DNA from: Solirubrobacteraceae bacterium
GTDB taxonomy: Bacteria > Actinomycetota > Thermoleophilia > Solirubrobacterales > Solirubrobacteraceae
DNA: 64,000 nt
Direction of reading: 5' to 3'
Assembly (NCBI GenBank): GCA_035713465.1
Contig: DASSZP010000056.1
Span: forward strand, 9,121-73,120
How positions within the stretch are numbered: the stretch's first letter is position 1; each line of letters begins with the position of its first letter. Positions 9,594 through 17,676 of the stretch are shown here, in pieces. Below the pieces are notes generated by a model. It worked only from the letters and a program-made list of their open reading frames with translations. It was not told where the DNA came from and searched no databases. The translations under genes were made by a program, and so were the position numbers.

Positions 9594-11309
9594 ATGAGCG
9601 AGCCGGCTGAGCCCCGGGCCGATCCTGGCCGCAGCGAGATCGTCCGCTTCCTGGCCCAACGGCCGCCCTTCGACGCGCTGGCCGCCGAGGAGCTGTCGCA
9701 GATCGCCGCCGGGGCCGAGATCGAGTTCCATCTGCGCGGCACGGTGATCGTCTCCGAGGACGGCGGACCGGTCACCTTCCTGCGCGTGATCCACTCCGGG
9801 GCGGTCGACATCGTCCACGAGGAGAACCTGCTCGACCTGCTCGGGCCGGGCGACACCTTCGGCCACGCCGCCATGCTGTCCGGCCTGCCCCCCGGCTTCG
9901 CCGCGCGCGCCGCCGAGGACACGCTGTGCTATCGCATCTCCGACACCGTGGCCCGGCCGCTGCTGGACGCCGCCCGGCGGCGCGAGCTCGCCGTCGGCCG
10001 CGGGGAGGCCGGCACCCCGGTGGGCCGGCTGATCCGCACGACCACCGTGACCTGCCGCCCGTCGGAGAACGTGGGCACGGTGGCCGAGCGGATGACCGCG
10101 CGGGGCGCAACGGCCGCGGTGGTCGAGCTCGAGGCGGGCGCGATCGGGATCGTCACCGACCGCGACCTGCGCAGCCGCGTCCTGGCCCGCGGACGCTCGG
10201 GCGCGGTGCGGATCGACTCGGTGATGACCACCCCGGTGTTCTCGGTCGCTCCGGAGCGCATCGCCTCCGAGGTGCTCTACGACATGCTCGAGCGCGGGGT
10301 TCACCACGTGCCGGTGATCACCGAGCAGGGTCGGCTGATCGGCATGCTCGAGGATGCCGACCTGTTCGCGGCTCAGCCGCGGTCGTGGTTCGGCACGCGC
10401 CGCCAGATCGCTCGCGCCCGCACGGTCGCGCGGCTCGGCGAGGTGGCCGGCCGGCTGCCCGCCCTGATGCTCGAGCTGCATCGCGCCGGCGTGCCGGCGC
10501 TCGAGCTGACCCGGGTGCTCTCGGCCCTGGTGGACGCTCTCACCGGTCGCGCCCTGGAGCTCGCCGGAGCGGCCGAGCAGACAGTGCCGGGGACGGTCTG
10601 GGTCACCGTCGGCAGCGAGGCGCGACGGGAGCTGACCTTCACCTCGGTGCGGCGCGGGGGGCTGGTCGCCGACACGCCGCCGGCCGGCGACTGGACGGAG
10701 CAGGCGCAGGCGACGCTGCGGATCGCGGGGATCGACGAGCCACCCGCCTGCCACGACGCCGCCGGCTGGCAGCGCGCGGCCCTGGACGGCGACCCGCTCG
10801 CTCTGGCCGTCGTCGCCGACCGCCGCGTGTTGTGGGGCACACCCGCGCGGGCGCTTCCCCACCCCGACGGAGCCGACCGCGACCGCATCCTCGCGCAGCT
10901 GCGCGCGCAGGCCGCGGTGGCGAGCCCGCCGACCGGTTTTGAGGCCGGCGCGGTGCTGCGCGCCGACGGACGCCGCGACGAGCGGCTCGACGTGCGCGCG
11001 GCGGCCGTCGCCCCGATCTCCGCGCTCGGGCGCTGGGCGGCGGCCAAGGCGGGCAGCGACGAGCTGGCCACGCCGGACCGGCTGCGGGCGGCCGCGCAGG
11101 CCGGCGTGATGGACGCCGAGACCGCGGCCACGCTCGCCGATGCGTTCTCGGTCGCGCTCGAGCTCCAGTTCGGCCATCAGCTGCAGCAGCTCGCGGCCGG
11201 CGAGCGCCCGGACGATCTGCTCGACCCCGCCGCGATGAGCGCGCTCACCCGCGACCATCTGCGCGCGGCCTTCCACGCCGTCACCACGGCCATCCGCGGG
11301 CTACCGTGA
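9594..11309 (+). CDS. cNMP-binding + 2xCBS + DUF294-type nucleotidyltransferase-like protein, catalytically degenerate
   Basis: cNMP domain (FLAQRPPFDAL, GDTFG); CBS pair (GIVTDRDLRSRVLA, HHVPV); NTase region GSEARRELTFTSVRRG lacks the DxD residues. Confidence 0.8.
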   Translation: MSEPAEPRADPGRSEIVRFLAQRPPFDALAAEELSQIAAGAEIEFHLRGTVIVSEDGGPVTFLRVIHSGAVDIVHEENLLDLLGPGDTFGHAAMLSGLPPGFAARAAEDTLCYRISDTVARPLLDAARRRELAVGRGEAGTPVGRLIRTTTVTCRPSENVGTVAERMTARGATAAVVELEAGAIGIVTDRDLRSRVLARGRSGAVRIDSVMTTPVFSVAPERIASEVLYDMLERGVHHVPVITEQGRLIGMLEDADLFAAQPRSWFGTRRQIARARTVARLGEVAGRLPALMLELHRAGVPALELTRVLSALVDALTGRALELAGAAEQTVPGTVWVTVGSEARRELTFTSVRRGGLVADTPPAGDWTEQAQATLRIAGIDEPPACHDAAGWQRAALDGDPLALAVVADRRVLWGTPARALPHPDGADRDRILAQLRAQAAVASPPTGFEAGAVLRADGRRDERLDVRAAAVAPISALGRWAAAKAGSDELATPDRLRAAAQAGVMDAETAATLADAFSVALELQFGHQLQQLAAGERPDDLLDPAAMSALTRDHLRAAFHAVTTAIRGLP

Positions 11310-11977
11310 GGCTGCGCCGCCGCCGCAGCGGCAACGCGGCCGCTGACGCCTTCCGGGCGCGCGTCGTCGCCGGTCCCCAGATTCCCTGGCGTGAATCTGA
11401 GTGGTGCGCGGTCGACCTCGAGCTGACCGGCCTGGACCCCCGCCGCGACGAGATCGTTGCTATCGGCGCGGTGCCCATTCGCGCCGGCCGGGTCGAACTC
11501 GGGTCCGCGTATTACTCGCTGGCCCGGCCGCGTCGCGCGCCCCGCGGGCGGTCGGTGCTCGTTCACAAGCTCCGGGGGCCGGATCTCGCCGGAGCGCCCA
11601 CGCTCGAACGGGCCCTGGACGGGCTGCTCACCGTCCTGGCCGGGCGCCGCCCCGTCTACCACACGGCATGGGTCGAGGAGGCGTTCCTGGGCCGCGCGCT
11701 GCACCGCCGCGGCATCCGCCTGCCCCCCGCCGCCGACACCGAGCGGCTGGGCCGGCGCTGGCTGGCTCAGGCCTCGGGCGCCGCACCCGCGCACGTGACC
11801 CTGACCGGCTTGGCGGCGCGGCTCGGCTTCACCGCCGAGGCGCCCCACCACGCGCTGGGCGACGCGCTGACCACCGCGCAGGCCTTCATCGCCCTGGCGG
11901 CGATGCTGGACCGTGCCACGCCGCAGACGGTCGGATCGTTGCTGGGGCCCGAGCCGGCGGCGCGCCGGATGGGCTGA
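11306..11977 (+). CDS. DEDDh (DnaQ-like) 3'-5' exonuclease
   Basis: ExoI AVDLELTGLD, ExoII-like YHTAWVE, ExoIII HHALGDA; GTGA overlap with the upstream gene. Confidence 0.85.
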   Translation: MRLRRRRSGNAAADAFRARVVAGPQIPWRESEWCAVDLELTGLDPRRDEIVAIGAVPIRAGRVELGSAYYSLARPRRAPRGRSVLVHKLRGPDLAGAPTLERALDGLLTVLAGRRPVYHTAWVEEAFLGRALHRRGIRLPPAADTERLGRRWLAQASGAAPAHVTLTGLAARLGFTAEAPHHALGDALTTAQAFIALAAMLDRATPQTVGSLLGPEPAARRMG

Positions 11978-11987
11978 GCCGGGGCGC

Positions 11988-13352
11988 TTAGAACAGCTGC
12001 AGGTAGCGGTCCAGCTCCCACTGGGTGATCTGCTCGTGCGCGGAGCGGACCTCGCGCAGCTTGCACTCGATGAAGTAGTCGACGTAGTCGCCGTCCGGTG
12101 TCGTGCCCAGCCCCTTGCGGATTGCCTCATTGCCGGCCAGCTCACGGGTCGCGTCGAGCAGGTTGCCCGGCAGAACCTCGATGCCGGCCGCCTCGCGGTC
12201 GGCCGGACTCATCGTGTAGAGATTGGACGAGTTGGGATCACCGGCGTCCAGCCCGCGCTCGATCCCGTCAAAGCCCGCCGCGAGCATCGCCGCTGCGGCC
12301 AGGTACGGGTTGCACGAGCCGTCCACGGTGCGGTCCTCGATCCGCCCCGGCGCGGGGATGCGCAGCATCTGGCTGCGGTTGTTGTAGCCGTAGCTGATGT
12401 AGGCCGGCGCCCACGTGGCCCCGCTCGTCGGCGCGCCCACGACGAGCCGCTTGTACGAGTTGACCGTCGGCGCCGTGACGGCGATGTAGGCCTTGGCGTT
12501 GGCCTTCAGGCCGCCGATGAACTGGTAGCCCAGCTCGGAGAGTCCCAGGCCGCGGGGATCCTCGTCTACGGGCCGGTCGAAGACGTTGACCCCGTCCTTC
12601 CACAGGCTGATGTGGAAGTGACAGCCGTTGCCGGTCAGATGGGCGAACGGCTTGGGCATGAAGGTGGCGATCAGCCCGCGGGCCTGGGCCAGGGACTCGA
12701 CCATGTAGCGGAAGAACACGGCGCGGTCGGCCGTGATCAGCGCGTTGGCGTACTGGAAGTTCTGCTCGAACTGCCCGTTGGCGTCCTCGTGATCGGTGGC
12801 GTAGTTGTCCCAGCCCAGGCCGGTGACCGCGTTGGCGACCTCGGAGACGAAGTCGAGGTTACGCGTCAGCGCGCGCATGTCGTAACAGGGCTGCTCGAGC
12901 GTGTCGAGCGGGTCAGCCAGGCCCAGCGAGCCGTCGGCCTCGCGCCGCAGCAGGAAGTACTCCAGCTCGGCCCCGATCCGCAGCTCGTACCCCTGCTCGG
13001 CGATCCGGGCCATGGCGTTGCGCAGGATCGTGCGCGGGCAGTAGGGCCAGGGCTCGCCTTCGACGGTGACGTCGCAGGCGAAGCGGGCGACGTTCGGCCG
13101 CCAGGGCAGCACCGTGAACGACGCCGGATCGGGCATGGCGATGATGTCGGGATCATCGGGCCCCTGGCCGATGTCACCGGCGGCGAAGCCGGCGAACCCG
13201 GCTCCTTCGGTGAGCAGGTCGTCGAGGTGGTGGGCCGGCACGAGCTTGGCATTGGGCTTGCCGTGCATGTCCACGAACTGCGCGAACAGGAACTCGATGC
13301 CCTGGTCCTTGACGATGCGGCGGACGTCGTCGGCGTCGGTGGGGTCGTTCAT
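11988..13352 (-). CDS. gmaS: Type III glutamine synthetase family / gamma-glutamylmethylamide synthetase
   Basis: GAGFAGFA, DHEDANGQFE, ATFMPKPF, TGNGCHFH, PTVNSYKRL, SGATWAP, NNRSQMLRIP; clustered with mgsABC. Confidence 0.85.
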   Translation of the reverse strand: MNDPTDADDVRRIVKDQGIEFLFAQFVDMHGKPNAKLVPAHHLDDLLTEGAGFAGFAAGDIGQGPDDPDIIAMPDPASFTVLPWRPNVARFACDVTVEGEPWPYCPRTILRNAMARIAEQGYELRIGAELEYFLLRREADGSLGLADPLDTLEQPCYDMRALTRNLDFVSEVANAVTGLGWDNYATDHEDANGQFEQNFQYANALITADRAVFFRYMVESLAQARGLIATFMPKPFAHLTGNGCHFHISLWKDGVNVFDRPVDEDPRGLGLSELGYQFIGGLKANAKAYIAVTAPTVNSYKRLVVGAPTSGATWAPAYISYGYNNRSQMLRIPAPGRIEDRTVDGSCNPYLAAAAMLAAGFDGIERGLDAGDPNSSNLYTMSPADREAAGIEVLPGNLLDATRELAGNEAIRKGLGTTPDGDYVDYFIECKLREVRSAHEQITQWELDRYLQLF

Positions 13353-13418
13353 AAGCGAGTTCTATCCGCAGGGCGGTGACGGGACAATGGATCGGTTCAC
13401 CCGATGCCGGGCACTAGC

Positions 13419-13436
13419 ATGTGCGCTTCGCACATA
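13419..13436. promoter_or_regulatory. Palindromic candidate operator ATGTGCG-ctt-CGCACAT between gmaS and the PucR-type regulator
   Basis: Perfect 7-bp arms; a close copy lies upstream of mgsA at 19574-19590. Confidence 0.6.
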
Positions 13437-13449
13437 GGAGGTAGACCCA

Positions 13450-15240
13450 GTGGCCATCAGCGAATCGCGGCCCGCCCGCACCGGAGAGGAGCTACGCGCG
13501 CTCCGGGATGAGAACCGGACCCTGTTCGGGGTGATCCGGCTCGTGTCCTCGGCCCTCGAGGTCGAGCCGATGCTCCAGGGGGTCGTCGGCCTAGCCACCG
13601 AGGCGACCGGCTGTCACGCCTGCTTCATCTACCTGCTGGAGGACGGGCGGCTGACCATCCGCGCCGCGTCGCCGGTGTTCGCTGAGGCGGTCGGGACGGT
13701 GCAGTTCTCCGCTGACGAAGGCCTCACTGGCTGGGTGGCCCGCCACCGGACTCCCGCCTTCATCCGCGAGCGGGCCATGGACGACCCGCGCATGAAGTAC
13801 GTCCCGGCGCTGCGCGAGGAGGACTTCCAGTCGATGGTCGCGGTGCCGATCCTCTCGCGCTCGGGCGACACGATCGGGGTGATCGTCCTGCATACCAAGG
13901 CGCCGCGCGAGTTCGGGGAGGACGCGCTCAAGCTCCTGGCCCACATCGCCTCGCTCGTGTCGGGGGCGATCGAGAACGCCCAGCTCTATGACCGCCAACG
14001 CCGCCGCGTCGACGCGCTGACCCTCCTCTCCGAGCTCTCCCAGCAGGTGGCGGCGGCCACGGCCGTCCCGCAGCTGGGCCCGATCCTCGCCGACGGGCTG
14101 CGCACCCTGCTCGGGGCCGAGGTCTGCCAGGTCCTGCGCACCGAGCCCAAGGGCGGTGGTCTGGCGCTGCTCGCCTCCTCGCCCCGCACGGCAGCCGCGC
14201 CCCCGGACCGGACGGTCGAGGGGCTGATGACCGCGGCCTTGGACGGCCGCGGCGCGCGTCCCGCCGCCCGGGCGCTGTGGGCCGAGCTGCCCGTTGACGA
14301 TCTGCTCGTCACGCCGCTGTCGGCGGGCGGGGAGCGTCTCGGTCTGATGTGCGCCGGGGCCAGCCTCGCCCGGCCCTTCGATGAGGAGGACATCGAGATC
14401 GCCAGCGCCGTCGCGCATCTGGCCGCCGTGGCGATCAAGCGCGCCGAGCTGATCGAGGGCCTGACCAACGCCTCGATCATCAAGGACCTGTTCGAATTGC
14501 TCGCCGCCGGCGCGACCGGCTTCGCCGCCGACAAGGCGGCCGATGTCGGCTGTGATCTGAGCGGGCCGTACCTGCTCATCAGCGCCTCGCCGGCCGGGGC
14601 GCGGGAGGCCGACGCCGCCGATTGGCCGGCCGCCGCCGAGGTGCTCGGGCAGGCGCTGAGCGAGCTCGCCCCGGCCGCCGCGGTCGAGTCCGGGCCGGGG
14701 CCGGTCCGCGCGCTGCTTATCCTGGGGCGGAGCCCGGACCGGGCGGCGGAGGCGATCCTGCGCGCCGCCCACGAGCTCGGGCAGCGCTTCGGCGCGGTGA
14801 TCGGCGTTTCCGAGCCCCGCAGCGGAGCGCCGGACGCCGCCGGCGCCTACCGCGAGGCGCGCGACGCGGCCACGATCGCCCACGCGTTGCTCGCCGGTGG
14901 GGGAGCGATCGCCTACGCACAGGTCGGGGCATACCGCTACCTCGTGCAGATCGCCGCCGCCGACGCTCCGCGGGACCGGATGCAGGCCGCCGTCGACCAG
15001 CTGATTGCCTATGACCGGCGCCGCCGCACGGCCCTGCTGGACACGCTGGAGCGCTACCTGTCCGAGCGGCGCAGCGTGATCGAGTCCGCCCGGGCGCTGT
15101 TCATCCACCCCAACACGCTGCGCCAGCGGCTCGGCCGCATCGAGGAGCTGACCGGCCTGGCCCTGGACCGCGACGATCTGCTCTCACTCGAGCTGGCCAT
15201 CAAGCTGGCGCGGCTGCACGGCCGCCCGGCCACCGGCTGA
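13450..15240 (+). CDS. GAF-GAF-PucR/CdaR-family transcriptional regulator
   Basis: Two GAF regions (EGLTGWVA...SMVAVPI); C-terminal LLDTLERYL...ARALFIHPNTLRQRLGRIEELTG HTH; AGGAGG RBS before GTG. Confidence 0.9.
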   Translation: MAISESRPARTGEELRALRDENRTLFGVIRLVSSALEVEPMLQGVVGLATEATGCHACFIYLLEDGRLTIRAASPVFAEAVGTVQFSADEGLTGWVARHRTPAFIRERAMDDPRMKYVPALREEDFQSMVAVPILSRSGDTIGVIVLHTKAPREFGEDALKLLAHIASLVSGAIENAQLYDRQRRRVDALTLLSELSQQVAAATAVPQLGPILADGLRTLLGAEVCQVLRTEPKGGGLALLASSPRTAAAPPDRTVEGLMTAALDGRGARPAARALWAELPVDDLLVTPLSAGGERLGLMCAGASLARPFDEEDIEIASAVAHLAAVAIKRAELIEGLTNASIIKDLFELLAAGATGFAADKAADVGCDLSGPYLLISASPAGAREADAADWPAAAEVLGQALSELAPAAAVESGPGPVRALLILGRSPDRAAEAILRAAHELGQRFGAVIGVSEPRSGAPDAAGAYREARDAATIAHALLAGGGAIAYAQVGAYRYLVQIAAADAPRDRMQAAVDQLIAYDRRRRTALLDTLERYLSERRSVIESARALFIHPNTLRQRLGRIEELTGLALDRDDLLSLELAIKLARLHGRPATG

Positions 15241-15264
15241 GTCCGGGCGGGCTGGGCCTGCGGG

Positions 15265-15311
15265 GGCGTCTGCGGGCGGCGTCTGCGGGCGGCGTCTGCC
15301 GGCGGGCGTCT
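15265..15311. repeat. Short 13-bp tandem repeat (ggcgtctgcgggc, about 3 copies)
   Basis: Visible directly in the intergenic region after the regulator stop. Confidence 0.7.
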
Positions 15312-15552
15312 CAGGGGTGGGCGGGGCGTGCACACCGCCCGGCGCCTCCCGGCCGAGCGCCTCTGTGCAGCGTGCAGTTCATGACAAATCGCGGGGGCGG
15401 ACGGCTCTTGGTCACGAAACGCTCGCTGGACGCGACAAATCTGCCAAACCACGCAGGGTGATTGTGGTCTGTCACGTTCTGCATGCTCCGGGTGGGCCCG
15501 CCGGCGCGCGGCTGGCTCAAGTCGGTCCGCGGCCGCGGGTAGAAGGCCGCCC

Positions 15553-16032
15553 TCACTGCTCGACGACGAGGAACACCGGCAGCTTGGCCTTGCGGCGCAC
15601 GCGCTGGGGTTCCTGTGACCACAGCAGATCGCCCGACAACCGTCCACGGTCGGGGTCAGCGCCCATCACGATCGCCTCGCAGCCCTTGGCCGTCGCCTCG
15701 TCGAGGATGCGCTTGGTCGTCTTGCGCGTGCCGAGCACGTGGCCGTCGGCGTCGACGCCTTTGCGGCGCAGGCGCGCCACCGCCTTGCTGACGATCTGCC
15801 GCTGCTGATCCCACTCGGCCTTGGTCGGCAGCAGGCCGGGACTCGGGAGCCCGAACGCCGTCCCGTGCACGCGGGCGATCGAGAGGACGTGCACGCTGGC
15901 CCCGGTGACCTGCGCCAGCTCAATCGTGCGGGCGATTGCCGCCGGTGAGATCGCCCGGCCCTCGGAGGCGAGCAGGATCCGGGCAAAGCCGGCCGCCGCG
16001 TCCTCGTTGCGCGGGGCGGCCACGGCGCTCAC
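15553..16032 (-). CDS. Universal stress protein (UspA family)
   Basis: ILLASEG start, AIVMGA, C-terminal AKLPVFLV; GTG 16032 overlaps the permease TGA. Confidence 0.8.
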   Translation of the reverse strand: MSAVAAPRNEDAAAGFARILLASEGRAISPAAIARTIELAQVTGASVHVLSIARVHGTAFGLPSPGLLPTKAEWDQQRQIVSKAVARLRRKGVDADGHVLGTRKTTKRILDEATAKGCEAIVMGADPDRGRLSGDLLWSQEPQRVRRKAKLPVFLVVEQ

Positions 16033-17579
16033 GGGCCCCCCGGATCGGCGAGGGGGGCGGCGGGCGTGATGGCCGCCGCCTCGGCGAGACGGCGATCGCC
16101 GGCCTTGCGCCACAGGTAGAGCGGCAGGTAGAGGGCGAGCACGCCGATGCCGATGAAGTAGTACGGCAGCGTCGAGTGGCCGGCCTGCGAGCAGGAGCAC
16201 GAGGCGTACACCGGACCGCCCCAGAAGTAGATGACCGCATACAGGGCGGCCAGACCGAGCGCGACGTACTTCATGAACTCGGGCAGGCGGAACGGGCGGC
16301 GCAGGTTGGGGCGGTGCTTGCGCAGCAGGTAGTAGCCGATCAGCACCGGGATGAACGAGGCCAGGTAGCCGACGTTGGAGAACGTATAGATCTCCACCGC
16401 ACCCCCGAAGAAGACGACGATGATCGAGCACGTGACGTTGAAGACCATCGAGCGGTCGGGGACGCCATGACGGTTGACGTGGGCGAAGAAGCGCGGGAAC
16501 TGGCCGTCGGTGGACATCTGGTGCAGCGACCGTGCGGTGCCGGTGATCGCGTTCAGGGCCGAGAGGATCAGCGCGAGGATCAGCATGATCGCGATGATCC
16601 AGTTCAACGCGGCCGAGCCGGCCCCGGCGCCGAACACCTTGCCGGCGAAGTGCACGAAGATCGTCTTGGGGTCAACGAGGGCCGAGTTGCTCAGCGCGCC
16701 CGAGCCGAGCACGATGATGAAGGCGACCGGGATCATCGTGTAGATGAACACGCCATAGCCGCCCTCGAGGTTCATGGCGATCTTGGCGTCGCGATCCGGG
16801 TTGCGCGTCTCCCCGATGTAACAGGCCGCGGCCTCCATCGCGATCACGTTCCAGGTCAACAAAAACGAGAATGCGACCGAGATGGTCAACCACCCGTGAT
16901 GGAAGGCGCTGGAGAAGAAGCCGCTGCCGTCCAGGTGGCGGAAGGGGAAGAGCTGGCCGAAGTGGGCCACCGAGGGGTGAAAGATCCAGGAGATGGCCAG
17001 GAACGTCAGCGGCACCATGGAGAGGATGGCCAGCGTGGTCGCGAACACGGTGCCGAAGCGCAGCCCGAGCAGGGCGGGGATGAACAGCAGCAGAATCCCG
17101 ACCACCGAGATGCCGACCGTCCAGTAGGCGATCGGCGTGTTGATGGGTGTGAACCCGGCCGTTGAGAGGTTGAGGCGGTCGACGATGTAGAACGAGGCCA
17201 GGATCATGTTCAGCGGCGCCACCGGGAACCAGCCCAGCCAGTAGGCCCAGGCGGTGAAGCCGTTGATGTGCTCGGCCAGCCGGGGCCAGCGGTCCTTGTA
17301 GGCCGGATAGGCGTAGGACGGCGATCCGCCGGAGCGGTCGGGCATCATCGCCGACAGCTCGGCCAGGAACAGGCAGAGGACATAGCCGCTCAGCGTGATG
17401 ACGACGATGATCGGGATCGAGGCCGCGCCGAGGGTCACGACCATCGTCGGCGCAATGCCGGTGACGAGGATCGTCCCCGCCAGGCCGATCACGAACGCAC
17501 CCCACCAGTTGGTGGTCTTGGGCAGACCGGCCGACTCGTATACGAGCTCGTCGTGCTCTTCGGGTGCGACGTGCGCCAT
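16029..17579 (-). CDS. APC-family amino acid/amine permease, candidate methylamine or methylated-amine transporter
   Basis: About 12 hydrophobic segments; AELSAMMPDRSGG, EAAACYIGETRNPDRD, RRPFRLP; GGAGG RBS before ATG 17579. Confidence 0.88.
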   Translation of the reverse strand: MAHVAPEEHDELVYESAGLPKTTNWWGAFVIGLAGTILVTGIAPTMVVTLGAASIPIIVVITLSGYVLCLFLAELSAMMPDRSGGSPSYAYPAYKDRWPRLAEHINGFTAWAYWLGWFPVAPLNMILASFYIVDRLNLSTAGFTPINTPIAYWTVGISVVGILLLFIPALLGLRFGTVFATTLAILSMVPLTFLAISWIFHPSVAHFGQLFPFRHLDGSGFFSSAFHHGWLTISVAFSFLLTWNVIAMEAAACYIGETRNPDRDAKIAMNLEGGYGVFIYTMIPVAFIIVLGSGALSNSALVDPKTIFVHFAGKVFGAGAGSAALNWIIAIMLILALILSALNAITGTARSLHQMSTDGQFPRFFAHVNRHGVPDRSMVFNVTCSIIVVFFGGAVEIYTFSNVGYLASFIPVLIGYYLLRKHRPNLRRPFRLPEFMKYVALGLAALYAVIYFWGGPVYASCSCSQAGHSTLPYYFIGIGVLALYLPLYLWRKAGDRRLAEAAAITPAAPLADPGGP

Positions 17580-17676
17580 GTGCCCCTCCAGGTCTGGGTT
17601 CGAACTCCGAGCCGTACCCTGACATGTCACGGGCCTCGCACAAAGACGCAAAGCGAACACAATTGGCCCCATCGAC

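Noticed and set aside
9594-11977. CBASS-like or other anti-phage NTase + nuclease system
   Set aside because: The architecture is cNMP-CBS-DUF294 (GlnE/GlnD-like), not CD-NTase; there is no effector gene and the context is metabolic
11988-13352. Housekeeping glutamine synthetase glnA
   Set aside because: GAGFAGFA and SGATWAP type III signatures and linkage to mgsABC favour GmaS/GlnT
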